From: Bdellovibrionota bacterium
GTDB taxonomy: Bacteria > Bdellovibrionota_C > UBA2361 > CALJRW01
DNA length: 64,000 bases
Assembly (NCBI GenBank): GCA_041740355.1
Contig: JBGSMD010000063.1
Location: forward strand, 64,001 to 128,000
Reading direction: 5' to 3'
Shown piece after piece: positions 9,105 to 18,709 of this stretch. Numbering within the stretch: position 1 is the stretch's first letter; each line of letters begins with the position of its first letter. The translations under genes were made by a program, and so were the position numbers. Below the pieces are notes generated by a model that was given only the letters and a program-made list of their open reading frames with translations, had not been told where the DNA came from and did not search any database.

Positions 9105-9726
9105 TATTTTTGAATATGCTGTTAAAGAACTACATGAGCGTAAATGTAAATTTGCCGTTGCTGGCGGAATAACTTCGTCTGTCTATCGCAGCGAAGTTAG
9201 ATTAACGATGGATGCAGACATACTGATCTATTCTGGAAGCGACTCTCAAAAAATTGCTGAAGAAATTTTAAACAAAATAAATTATTCTGTTTCTTCTGCA
9301 ACGATTGCTAATCTTTCCCCCGCTCCGCGAATGAATAAGAAATCTCTACCAACCCTGATTATTGTTGGCCGACCTAAAGATAAGGGAGATATTGGACTAG
9401 ATTTCATTCTCCCTGATATGCCGTGGTTCCCAAAGGCAATAAGTCGCGCGCAAGATAATTTAATTGATTTTGGGTTTGGAAAAATCCCCTGTTTAACAAT
9501 TGAAGATTTTATTATTTCTAAGTTATTTGCTTATCAACTAGCTCCCAAGAGAATCAAAGATCTAGACGATCTAACTTCTGTCTTTCAAAAAAAATCAAAG
9601 CTAGATCTTTCCTATCTTTGCGCTGAGTTAGAAAGATTAAAGATTGGAATACCAAAAGAACTCTATCAAATCGCACCGAAGGCACTACGAGTTCTTAGTA
9701 AAAGAATGAAGATCTCCTCTAAATGA
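9091..9726 (+). CDS. AbiEii/DUF6036-like nucleotidyltransferase
   Basis: 'FAVAGG....Y....RLTMDADI' G-G/DxD motif and 'EDFIISKL....RIKDLDD'. Confidence 0.75.
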   Translation: MNLDDIFEYAVKELHERKCKFAVAGGITSSVYRSEVRLTMDADILIYSGSDSQKIAEEILNKINYSVSSATIANLSPAPRMNKKSLPTLIIVGRPKDKGDIGLDFILPDMPWFPKAISRAQDNLIDFGFGKIPCLTIEDFIISKLFAYQLAPKRIKDLDDLTSVFQKKSKLDLSYLCAELERLKIGIPKELYQIAPKALRVLSKRMKISSK

Positions 9727-9727
9727 A

Positions 9728-9955
9728 CTATCTATCCTTATAGAGTTCCCTCTCCAAGCTCTCCGCCACCTTTAAAATATCAGGCGAATAAGTTTTCGCT
9801 TTAACCGCAGCTTTAATGGCAGCAATCTTAGCTTTTCTTTCAGGAGTTAATTCAGGAGTAAAGCTAACTTCAATTTCTTCAACAAGTTTAGGAATTAAAG
9901 ATCTAGCATTAGACGAAGTGATACTTTGTGGAGATTTTTTTGCGGTGTTTTTCAT
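9728..9955 (-). CDS. flgM: FlgM-like anti-sigma28 factor (start corrected to MKNTAKK)
   Basis: 'RKAKIAAIKAAVKAKTYSPDILKVAESL' matches the FlgM C-terminal motif; sigma28-like promoter upstream. Confidence 0.65.
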   Translation of the reverse strand: MKNTAKKSPQSITSSNARSLIPKLVEEIEVSFTPELTPERKAKIAAIKAAVKAKTYSPDILKVAESLERELYKDR

Positions 9956-10158
9956 TTTCTTTTTATAAGGCACAAGTTGACTAAGTTTCTTCAAATAGTT
10001 AGCTATAAATTTACTGACGCAAATAAAAATATTGCCTTCAATAAATGTTATGCTTAGATTTTGCTGACCTGTAACCCTATCTGAACACAAGAATAACACT
10101 TGGGGCCCAAAGCCCCAAGCTATAACCATTTGAAAAAGTGAAAAAAACCTGTAATTTA

Positions 10159-10186
10159 CTATCGGTGCAATAATTAGCTAGCTTGA
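10159..10186 (-). promoter_or_regulatory. Sigma28-like promoter upstream of flgM
   Basis: Minus strand TCAA-N16-ACCGATAG. Confidence 0.55.
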
Positions 10187-10233
10187 GTACTTTTTTAGAT
10201 ATTTTATATTTCTTTTAACCACCTAATATTACA

Positions 10234-10698
10234 ATGAAAATAAAATTAATCTGTGGTTTTAAGTTAAAACAGGAAGAACTGTTTCAATTAGAACAATCAT
10301 ATCTAAAACGTCTTAAAAACGAGTATCGGCTAGAGATTGTCGAGGTCCCTTACACAAAGAATCAGTCTGCTGATGAGATTAAGAGCCGACATCCAGCGGA
10401 ACTACTCGCCAAATCCTCACCATCAGCCTTTAAAGTGCTTTTAGCGGAAGATGGCAAATCAATGACTACCAATCAACTAGCAAGTATAGTTGATGAGAAG
10501 AAGCTAACTGGCCTAAATGAGTTACATTTTTTTATTGGTGGGCCATACGGAATTGCCAAAGATGCTTATCCTTTGTTTAATTTAAAATTAAACATTTCGT
10601 TAATGACATTCACCGCAGAATTTTGTAGGTTGATCATCATTGAACAAATTTATCGCTTGCAATGTATCAGTTTAGGCGTTCCGTATCATAAAGAGTAA
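10234..10698 (+). CDS. rlmH: 23S rRNA m3Psi1915 methyltransferase
   Basis: FFIGGPYG, 'SLMTF...RLIIIEQIYR...GVPYHK'. Confidence 0.93.
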   Translation: MKIKLICGFKLKQEELFQLEQSYLKRLKNEYRLEIVEVPYTKNQSADEIKSRHPAELLAKSSPSAFKVLLAEDGKSMTTNQLASIVDEKKLTGLNELHFFIGGPYGIAKDAYPLFNLKLNISLMTFTAEFCRLIIIEQIYRLQCISLGVPYHKE

Positions 10699-10702
10699 AC
10701 AT

Positions 10703-11164
10703 ATGTCAGCAAAAACAAAGCCTACAAACTTAGTACTAAAGTCGATTACCGGGGATAAAGATCCTGTTCGACTTATTGAAGATTTTATTCAAGACCTGGG
10801 CTTTGATGCCGAAGAATGTTTAAACATTCGTAGCGCTGAGACTTGTCGTTGGGTTGTTCCTCTTAATGATGAAGTTCAATTAGAGCTACTCCTAGAAAAC
10901 ATTAAACAAGTCTTTGGAACTATTCTTTACATGGGTGTTAACCTAACAACTGTTCCTTTAAAAGATACTCAAAATTTTTTAATTCATGCTCTGGAAACTG
11001 CTGACTCCTTAATTGGAGTTAAGGTCAGCGTTGTTGGTCATTTCTTGGTATTAAGTAGCACTGCTAATCTACATGATAAAAACATCTCCGATATTAATTA
11101 TCAAATGACAGAATTGTTACAACAAAGCGCTTGGTATCAAGGTGCCCTAACAAATAACGATTAG
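10703..11164 (+). CDS. Hypothetical protein, possible YbjN/CesT-like chaperone fold
   Basis: Small acidic alpha/beta protein; weak pattern resemblance only. Confidence 0.35.
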   Translation: MSAKTKPTNLVLKSITGDKDPVRLIEDFIQDLGFDAEECLNIRSAETCRWVVPLNDEVQLELLLENIKQVFGTILYMGVNLTTVPLKDTQNFLIHALETADSLIGVKVSVVGHFLVLSSTANLHDKNISDINYQMTELLQQSAWYQGALTNND

Positions 11165-11925
11165 TAACACCGCAAAAAAAACTTATTTAATTCTTTAATA
11201 TAAAAATCAGTATTCAGATGATGAATATTATGTCCCGCATCAGACGCAATTATTAGCTTTGAATCAGGAATTATTTTCTTTACCTCTCTCGCAATCCCTA
11301 CGAACTTGGAATCTTTTTCACCATTAACCAGGGCTACTGGGCAAGTAATCTTACTTAAATCTTCCCAGTAACTTGGCATCTTTCCAGGAGAAAGATCTTC
11401 TAGAATTTTGGCTATTTGAATTGGATCATGTTCAAGTTTTTCAGAAACTATATTTTTTTGCATTTCTTCACTTAGGGCAAAAATTGGATTTTGATACCAA
11501 CTCTTAAGGAATTCTTCAAATCCAGAATCTCGAATCTGATCAGCGAGGTGTCGATCTAAGATTAATCTTTCTTCTCTTTCTTTAGAATCAGCTATCCCAG
11601 GATTCAAGCTTTCTAAAAACAAACCGGAATAAGTCTTAGGAGATTTTAAATACAAACCTAATGCAAGTCTTGCTCCTAGTGAATAACCTACTAGAATTTT
11701 TTGCTTAGAGGGAATTGTTAGAAGTTGATCGTTCAAGGAATTTAAAAAGTCTTGATATTCTATCGCTTCACTAGTTGGAACCTCAGAGAATAGGTCAACT
11801 GAGTAAACAGCATAAGGTACATTAAGATTTTTGATGATATCAGCAAAATCTTCGGTCTTACTTAAGAAACCGGGAATAAAGATTATTCCCGTTGAGTGCT
11901 GATTGGCGAGATGCTTAATTAGCAT
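11161..11925 (-). CDS. menH: SHCHC synthase (alpha/beta hydrolase)
   Basis: GYSLGARLA, GEKDSKF, AGHNIH; overlaps menD. Confidence 0.9.
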   Translation of the reverse strand: MLIKHLANQHSTGIIFIPGFLSKTEDFADIIKNLNVPYAVYSVDLFSEVPTSEAIEYQDFLNSLNDQLLTIPSKQKILVGYSLGARLALGLYLKSPKTYSGLFLESLNPGIADSKEREERLILDRHLADQIRDSGFEEFLKSWYQNPIFALSEEMQKNIVSEKLEHDPIQIAKILEDLSPGKMPSYWEDLSKITCPVALVNGEKDSKFVGIAREVKKIIPDSKLIIASDAGHNIHHLNTDFYIKELNKFFLRCY

Positions 11926-13637
11926 TGCTGGAAAAATTCACTAGCTTGTAATCCATTGGTCACAATTTCTGTAAACGTGCTGGAGTTTGTTTGCTTAATT
12001 TTAGATAATCTTGCTTCTAGCTCACTTAAACTCTGAACTCGTGCGAAATCTAATTTAAAAGATTCGGCTATCTTTAGATAATCAAAATTATGAGTGTTAG
12101 TTAGCAAGGAATTAACGACAGGTTCCTTCAGTAAATTAAATACTGCTCCCCCTGAATTATTAACTAAGACTAAATGAAACTTATCCTTAGGTAAGAGAGA
12201 AAGAGCTGTTAAATCATGATTTAAAGCTTGGTCCCCAATAAACAAATAGGTTACTTGATCACTAGCATCTCTGGCTCCCAGAGCGGAGGAAAGAACACCA
12301 TCAATTCCCACACACCCGCGATTAGATCGAACCGTAATGTTTTTATCTTTAAATTCAGCAAAAAATTCTAATTCACGAAAGATTAGACTAGAAGAATGGT
12401 AAACCAAGGAATTAGCAGGAATACTTTTAATGAGATGATAAATTGCAGAAGCTTCTTGATACTCACTTGCAAAATCTAACTTAGATTTCTCTGATTGCTC
12501 TGCTTCTTTTTTGTGCCAATTATCTGAATATTTAGCATCCTCTTTTACTAATAACTTGTATTCTAAAGCCTTAGTATAATCAGCAAGGCTTACAAAAAAG
12601 TGATAATCAAAGTTAATCAATTCATTTTCAACAGCATCTTGTCTTTGATTTGATTCTGAAAATAAATACTTGGGACATTCTTGCTTTGATAAAAACTTCC
12701 TCAAGTTTTCAGAGACTATTCTATCTCCAAAATATAGAATTAAATCCGGATTAAAATCATCAGAAATATCTTTTAAATATAAGTTATAAAGTGATAAAGC
12801 TTGTGATCTGCCGCGTAAGTTAGAATCAATATCAGCAAGGATTGGCGCTTTGATTTTTTGAGCTAATTGATTCAATGTTTGCGCATTTGCCGGCGTTTGC
12901 GGTCCAGCAATAATTAATGTTTTTTTAGATAGGCTTAAATCATTGGCTAGCAGATCGAGCGAACCTAAATCAGGAACTGGCTGATAATTAATAAATGTTC
13001 GAAATGGCCTTTTTCTTGCTGCCCAAGTAGTCAGAATATTTCTTTGTTCAGACGATACTTGATTAAAATCAAAGGAGTCTAAAGTATAAGGTTTACGGTA
13101 AACAAGATTTAAATGAACAGGCCCAGCTGGTAAAGTCTTGGCTGTCTGAACTAGTTGATCCAAATTAGCTAACAGCGCATCAGCAGAAAACTCATCTGAC
13201 AAAGCTGGTAGATTTAAATTTAACTTAGAAAATTCCTGGTAAAAATTTACTTGATTTACAGTTTGATTAGCACGAGAGTTTTGTAATTCCCAAGGCCGGT
13301 CACAAGTAATAATAATTAAAGGAGCCTGATCATAAAAAGCTTCCATCACTCCCGGTAATAAATTCCCTAGTGCTGTTCCTGAAGTAACTAATAAAACAAC
13401 AGGATGCTTAGTTGTCTTGGCAAAAGCCTTTGCCCAAAAAGCTAATTGTCTTTCATCATTAAAAAGTTTGATATTGGTTTTGGGGTGTTGGTGGATGGCA
13501 TTAAGTAGGGGTAACATCCGCGCGCCTGGAGCAACCGCATATTGTGTAACATCTAAGCGGTACAGTTCTTCCACAATTAGCCTACTCGCTAAGTCTTGAA
13601 ACCCTTTTAAATCAGTAAATAATTTTTGTTCTAACAT
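11919..13637 (-). CDS. menD: SEPHCHC synthase
   Basis: APGAR..PL, DER, TSGTA, DRPWEL, SNRG..GIDG, GD...HD, NNSGG. Confidence 0.93.
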   Translation of the reverse strand: MLEQKLFTDLKGFQDLASRLIVEELYRLDVTQYAVAPGARMLPLLNAIHQHPKTNIKLFNDERQLAFWAKAFAKTTKHPVVLLVTSGTALGNLLPGVMEAFYDQAPLIIITCDRPWELQNSRANQTVNQVNFYQEFSKLNLNLPALSDEFSADALLANLDQLVQTAKTLPAGPVHLNLVYRKPYTLDSFDFNQVSSEQRNILTTWAARKRPFRTFINYQPVPDLGSLDLLANDLSLSKKTLIIAGPQTPANAQTLNQLAQKIKAPILADIDSNLRGRSQALSLYNLYLKDISDDFNPDLILYFGDRIVSENLRKFLSKQECPKYLFSESNQRQDAVENELINFDYHFFVSLADYTKALEYKLLVKEDAKYSDNWHKKEAEQSEKSKLDFASEYQEASAIYHLIKSIPANSLVYHSSSLIFRELEFFAEFKDKNITVRSNRGCVGIDGVLSSALGARDASDQVTYLFIGDQALNHDLTALSLLPKDKFHLVLVNNSGGAVFNLLKEPVVNSLLTNTHNFDYLKIAESFKLDFARVQSLSELEARLSKIKQTNSSTFTEIVTNGLQASEFFQQC

Positions 13638-15715
13638 TACTCTTTTAATTTGTCTGCAATTTGCACAATTCCATTTAAGCCTGAACGTTTAAAGACTTTC
13701 TCTTTAAGATCATTCTTAGGCTTTTTATTCCTCATGTTAAAGGAAGTAATATAATCCTCATCTATTGGGTCAATCTCAAAATCATATTTTGTTTCACCGA
13801 TTTCATTCCCCGATATTACTTCTACTGGAATATCTTCCACAAATCTACTCGGTGCCCGATAATAGCCGCCGTAACCGAAACTGGACATGGCTGAGGCCAT
13901 ACTGCGCTGCTGGGCGTAGGTTAAAAAGAGTTGTTCCCTGGCTCGGGTGATTCCCACGTAACAAAGCCTTCTTTCTTCATCAATAGAATTTTCATCAATG
14001 GAACGACTGTGAGGGACTAGCCCTTCTTCTAGTCCAGTAAAAAATACTACAGGAAATTCTAGTCCCTTAGCCATGTGCAAAGTCATGAGTGATACAAAAT
14101 TTGCTTCATTATCCTCCACGTTACCATTACTTTGATCAACTGCTGTCATTAAAGCGACGTGATCCAAAAATTCAGCCAATGAATCTTCTTTAGCAGAAAA
14201 TCCTTCCGCCACGGCAACTAATTCGGCAATATTTTCTTTGCGATCCTGATCTTTATCATCATCAGTTAAATTTAATTCGAGGTACTTAGTTTTCTCAAGG
14301 ATATCACGAACATTTTCTGCGACTGTTATTTGATCTTTGCGATCTTGCCAACTCTTAAGCATAATCACAAAATCAAGTAACTTGCGATTAGTGATATCAG
14401 CTTTCAATAAATACTCCCAAGCCGAAAGTCCTTGGATCTCTGCTTGATCAATAATGTTCTGTAAAGTTTGTGCTCCAATCCCACGTCGTGGAACATTGAT
14501 AATTCGGATTAATGCTTGCGTGTCTGAAGGATTATGGATTAAACGTAAGTAAGCTAAGATGTCTTTTACTTCTTTGCGTTCATAGAACTTAAAGCCACCA
14601 AAGATCTTAAATGGAATCTTCGCTCGAAGAAATGCTTCCTCTAATGCTCGTGACTGCGCGTTGGTACGGTAAAACACAGCATAGTCTTTAAAGCTACGTC
14701 CCTCAGTCATCAAATCTTCAATTTGCCTAACTACAAAATTAGCTTCTTCACTTTCATTATAAAAACTTTTAAATTCGATTAGTGCACCGTCGTTAGAGTC
14801 GGTCCAAAGCTTCTTCGCCTTGCGGTGCATGTTTTTAGAGATAATACCATGTGCCGCATCAAGAATATTCTTAGTAGAGCGATAGTTTTGCTCTAATTTT
14901 ATAGTCACAGTATTTGGATAATCTTTTTCAAAAGATAAAATATTAGTTATATCTGCACCACGAAAAGCATAAATTGACTGGTCGTCATCTCCTACTACCA
15001 ATAAATTATTTTTAGGTTGAGCTAGGTGTTGAATGATATCGTATTGAATTTTATTAGTATCTTGAAACTCATCCACTAAGATAAACTGTAATTGATTCTG
15101 ATAGAGTCGGCGGACATCGGGATGATTATTTAAAAGTTTCAAGCAGTTAAAAATTAAATCCGAAAAATCCATGGCATTATTTTGCATTAATGCTTTCTGG
15201 TAGGCATCGTAAACATCTGCTACATTATTTTTCTTATCTGCGTAATCAGGCTGGAACTCTTCAGGACCAATAAATTTATTCTTTAAGCTATCAATGACAT
15301 TTAAGTAATAACTCGGTGTGACTTTATTATTATTTAAGCCCAACTTTTTTAGAATTTGCTTCATCAGGCTTTGGCCATCATTGGTGTCATAGATCACAAA
15401 TCCAGTTTTATAGCCCAATAATGGAGCGTGCCGACGAAGAATTCGCAGAGACATGGAATGAAAAGTTGAAATCCAAAGTTGCTTCGACTGGGGACCCAAT
15501 AAATTCTCCAACCTCTCGCGCATTTCATTGGTAGCCTTATTAGTGAAAGTTACGGCCAAGATTCGATCTGGGCTAACACCATGTCGATTTACTAAATTCG
15601 CAACTCGATTAGTTAGGACTCTAGTTTTGCCAGTTCCAGCACCTGCTAGAATTAGGATTGGCCCGAGGTGATGATCTACTGCTTTTTGTTGTTCGGGATT
15701 AAGAGAGGTGGACAA
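13637..15715 (-). CDS. pcrA: UvrD/PcrA DNA helicase
   Basis: AGAGTGKT, VDEFQDTN, VGDDDQSIY, LEQNYRST, EERRLCYVGITRA. Confidence 0.95.
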   Translation of the reverse strand: MSTSLNPEQQKAVDHHLGPILILAGAGTGKTRVLTNRVANLVNRHGVSPDRILAVTFTNKATNEMRERLENLLGPQSKQLWISTFHSMSLRILRRHAPLLGYKTGFVIYDTNDGQSLMKQILKKLGLNNNKVTPSYYLNVIDSLKNKFIGPEEFQPDYADKKNNVADVYDAYQKALMQNNAMDFSDLIFNCLKLLNNHPDVRRLYQNQLQFILVDEFQDTNKIQYDIIQHLAQPKNNLLVVGDDDQSIYAFRGADITNILSFEKDYPNTVTIKLEQNYRSTKNILDAAHGIISKNMHRKAKKLWTDSNDGALIEFKSFYNESEEANFVVRQIEDLMTEGRSFKDYAVFYRTNAQSRALEEAFLRAKIPFKIFGGFKFYERKEVKDILAYLRLIHNPSDTQALIRIINVPRRGIGAQTLQNIIDQAEIQGLSAWEYLLKADITNRKLLDFVIMLKSWQDRKDQITVAENVRDILEKTKYLELNLTDDDKDQDRKENIAELVAVAEGFSAKEDSLAEFLDHVALMTAVDQSNGNVEDNEANFVSLMTLHMAKGLEFPVVFFTGLEEGLVPHSRSIDENSIDEERRLCYVGITRAREQLFLTYAQQRSMASAMSSFGYGGYYRAPSRFVEDIPVEVISGNEIGETKYDFEIDPIDEDYITSFNMRNKKPKNDLKEKVFKRSGLNGIVQIADKLKE

Positions 15716-15848
15716 AATCTTGCTCGTTATTTAAAAATTTCTTTTTAGCCTAATAAGATAACTTAATTTACCCCATCTAGTAAATGTTATCGCAATTTAA
15801 GCCAAAAAGTTCAGTTAAGAGTAAGAGTTTGAAGCTTTTTTAAAAGTA

Positions 15849-16025
15849 CTAAAAGGTTCTCTTTGCAACCTTCTGAAAAGCCAAGGATCTCTTTACACAT
15901 AATGGATCACTGTAATCGGAAAAGTGCTGGCTTTTTAAGTCCTGCACAAAAAGGATTACTAAGTAAACTAAAGTGCCAAGCAGCGCTAAAGTGTCTAGGC
16001 TAAAGATTGTAGTTAAGTATGTCAT
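15849..16025 (-). CDS. Small single-TM hypothetical protein (start MTYLTT)
   Basis: 58 aa, one hydrophobic helix, GAGG upstream; the track's 5' extension runs into a repeat hairpin. Confidence 0.5.
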   Translation of the reverse strand: MTYLTTIFSLDTLALLGTLVYLVILFVQDLKSQHFSDYSDPLCVKRSLAFQKVAKRTF

Positions 16026-16048
16026 GTTAAAACCTCGTCTAAAATTAT

Positions 16049-16084
16049 AAACCCTCCGCAGATGAAATTTGCGGAGGGTGAGTG
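16049..16084. repeat. Partial copy (first hairpin) of repeat family R1
   Basis: accctccgcagatgaaatttgcggagggt matches the starts of the copies at 19686 and 26861. Confidence 0.8.
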
Positions 16085-16309
16085 TCACCTGAGTCTTGTT
16101 CTCAGGTTCTAGGATATTTCTATATCAAAGCTTTATGTCTTTCAAGTATATTTCTATGTTTTAGTTAAATTCTATAAAAATGTTCTAATGCACGATCTCC
16201 CTGAGAACTTAGCAATAGAAATTAGTGAGTATTTTAAGGTAGTTATGAATTCTTGTAATTTAAGCACAATATCATAAGATACAAGCTCTTAACTTAATAC
16301 TCAGTTCGC

Positions 16310-17569
16310 ATGAAGAATAACTTATCAATTTGGTTCATTCGCCTCAGGTGGTTTGCCTTCATAGCGCAGATTATTATCCTTGCTTCAACGGTTTTATTTT
16401 TTAAGGTTGAAGTTAACTGGCAAAAGATTGCCCTAATCTTATCCGCACTTCCCCTTTCCAATATCATCACAACCCAATTTCTAGTTAAAAAATTTTCGGC
16501 CCAAGCAATTACTATTTGTTTAATTTTTTTAGATACTATTATTTTATCGGCAATTCTTTATTTGTCTGGCGGACCTGCTAATCCTTTTACGATTGTATTT
16601 CTACTGCACCTAGTTCTAACTGCAGTCTTACTCGATGAGCGTTGGACTTGGGTTATGGCACTCACAACCTGTGCCGCTTATGTCTTTTTATTTTTCTTCT
16701 CTCCAGAGACTGGAAGCGATCATCAACATCATCATGGATCTTCAAACTCTTTTTCCTTACATTTATATGGAATGCTATTTGCTTTTATTACCGTAGCAGT
16801 TCTTGTTGCTTATTTTCTAAATAAGATTATTACCGAACTTCGGTTAAAAGAATTGCGACTTCAAAAACTGGAACAGTTAGCTGTAAATAGCCAACGTTTA
16901 GCATCATTAGTAACTATAACAGCAGGAACCGCTCACGAACTAGGAACTCCATTAAGTACTATTGCCGTAGTCTGTAAGGAGTTAGAACTAGAGCTCAAAA
17001 ATCTAAATCCCTCGCCAGAAATTTTAGAAGATCTGCATTTAATTCAGCAAGAAGTGGGTCGTTGCAAAGATTACCTGTCAAATTTATCAGAGAAAACTGG
17101 CGATCTTACGGGAGAAACTCATCAAAGTATTTCGGCAAGAGATTTAATAAGTCAGATTATTGCTCCACTTTATAACAAAAACCATCGATTTGAAATTGAA
17201 GGTTCAGCAGATCATATTTTAAATTTAATCCCTGTGAAATCCCTAACAATTGCTATTAGAGCTCTAGTTAAAAATTCTCTAGATGCTTCAAGTGGGAGTA
17301 TTAAGAATGTTACCATTCGCCATCAAATAATTAATAATTATAATCAAATCGAAATCATAGACTTTGGCTTGGGGATGGATCCGGAAACATTAGAAATGAT
17401 TGGGGAACCATTTTTCTCTCAAAAAGATAGCAAAGATGGTTTGGGTTTAGGAGTTTATTTATCAAAACTTGTTGCCAACCAAATTGGTGGAGAGCTAACT
17501 TTCACTTCTACAATATCCCAAGGCACTTGTGCTAAATTTCGATTTCCAGTAATTCCCTGTAAAGCATGA
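16310..17569 (+). CDS. regB: RegB/PrrB-family sensor histidine kinase with His-rich loop
   Basis: 'LYLSGGPANPF', AHELGTPL H-box, D.G.G and GLGLG boxes, 6 TM. Confidence 0.88.
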   Translation: MKNNLSIWFIRLRWFAFIAQIIILASTVLFFKVEVNWQKIALILSALPLSNIITTQFLVKKFSAQAITICLIFLDTIILSAILYLSGGPANPFTIVFLLHLVLTAVLLDERWTWVMALTTCAAYVFLFFFSPETGSDHQHHHGSSNSFSLHLYGMLFAFITVAVLVAYFLNKIITELRLKELRLQKLEQLAVNSQRLASLVTITAGTAHELGTPLSTIAVVCKELELELKNLNPSPEILEDLHLIQQEVGRCKDYLSNLSEKTGDLTGETHQSISARDLISQIIAPLYNKNHRFEIEGSADHILNLIPVKSLTIAIRALVKNSLDASSGSIKNVTIRHQIINNYNQIEIIDFGLGMDPETLEMIGEPFFSQKDSKDGLGLGVYLSKLVANQIGGELTFTSTISQGTCAKFRFPVIPCKA

Positions 17570-18105
17570 CCGCCAAGAACCTACGAAATACAATCTTAAC
17601 TATTGATGATGATGGAATTTTTCGTGATCGATTAACCAAAGCTTTTGCTAAAAGAGGGTTAATCGCTGAGCAGGCAGAAAATAGTACGGAAGCATTAAAG
17701 AAAATTAAAGAATTAAATCCAGACTTAATTGTTCTCGATCTGAAGCTTGGTAATGAATCAGGGTTAGATTTAATTACTGAAATCCTAGTTCTCTGCCCCA
17801 AAACTAAAATTGTGATGCTTACTGGATATGGCACAATCGGCACGACGGTTGAGGCAATGAAAAAAGGTGTGGTAAATTATTTAACAAAACCAGTTGATGC
17901 TGATACAATCTTAGCTGCTTTTCTAGGAGAGATAAAAGTTAATTCTACAACAGGAATTCCCCCACTCCACCAAATAGAATGGGACTATATTCAAAAAATC
18001 ATTGAGCAGTGCGAAGGTAATATTACGAAAGCATCTAAGTTATTGGGATTACACAGGCGCTCATTGCAAAGAAAAATGAAAAAAAGTCCTGGCTCCCTAA
18101 AATAA
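17566..18105 (+). CDS. regA: RegA/PrrA-family response regulator
   Basis: LTGYGTI, YLTKP, Fis-type HTH 'GNITKASKLLGLHRRSLQRK'. Confidence 0.92.
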   Translation: MTAKNLRNTILTIDDDGIFRDRLTKAFAKRGLIAEQAENSTEALKKIKELNPDLIVLDLKLGNESGLDLITEILVLCPKTKIVMLTGYGTIGTTVEAMKKGVVNYLTKPVDADTILAAFLGEIKVNSTTGIPPLHQIEWDYIQKIIEQCEGNITKASKLLGLHRRSLQRKMKKSPGSLK

Positions 18106-18130
18106 CTTATTGTTAGTAGTTGAATTAAGC

Positions 18131-18177
18131 TGCGACAATCTGTCGCGTTGACTTTAAAGTTCCCCTTAGGCATATCT
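18131..18177 (+). promoter_or_regulatory. Candidate RegA-family operator abutting a sigma70-like promoter
   Basis: Palindrome tGCGACA-atc-TGTCGCg immediately before TTGACT-N17-CATATC. Confidence 0.65.
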
Positions 18178-18261
18178 ACGACTCAGAATACATACAACCA
18201 ATGTCCTCTAGAGGGATTATCCATTGGTTTAACTAATACAAACTTTTTAAGTATTTAAATA

Positions 18262-18702
18262 ATGAAAAATAAATTATTCCCTGTTATGTCGGCAGCACTT
18301 CTTAGCTTACTTTTTCTTTCCGCCTGCGGAGGAAGTAGCTCCAATGATAAAAGTGTCATAATCGAAGGGGATCTAAATCAAGGGGCAAGCTCTGACCATA
18401 AGTTATTCAAACATTCCGAAGGTGAGCACATTGGAGAAGTTGAAATCTGTGCCTTAGGTGAATGTTCGACCACTAATACTGAAGGAGAATGGGGTTTTGC
18501 GACTTCGGAGGATCTAAACGGCAATGAAGTTTCTTTTAAATTTACGGGTCATGGCATTGATACGACAACAATCGTAAAAATTCCAGATGCTGAAGAAAAT
18601 GTATTAATCAAATTTGTGCATAGTGCCAATGTTGTGACTATTGCTGAAATGTTAGTTGATGGACAGGAAGATCATTCTAATCATGACCACGCTCACGAAT
18701 AG
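18262..18702 (+). CDS. Lipoprotein with His-rich C-terminus (putative metal binding)
   Basis: Lipobox LSA-C; tail EDHSNHDHAHE. Confidence 0.7.
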   Translation: MKNKLFPVMSAALLSLLFLSACGGSSSNDKSVIIEGDLNQGASSDHKLFKHSEGEHIGEVEICALGECSTTNTEGEWGFATSEDLNGNEVSFKFTGHGIDTTTIVKIPDAEENVLIKFVHSANVVTIAEMLVDGQEDHSNHDHAHE

Positions 18703-18709
18703 TTCTACA

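Noticed and set aside
4399-9726. Integrated element at tRNA-Ser
   Set aside because: Accessory-looking genes are present, but no integrase and no duplicated tRNA 3' end (att site) was found
9956-10129. 5' extension of the FlgM-like ORF
   Set aside because: Non-protein-like sequence between the sigma28-like promoter and the likely ATG at 9955
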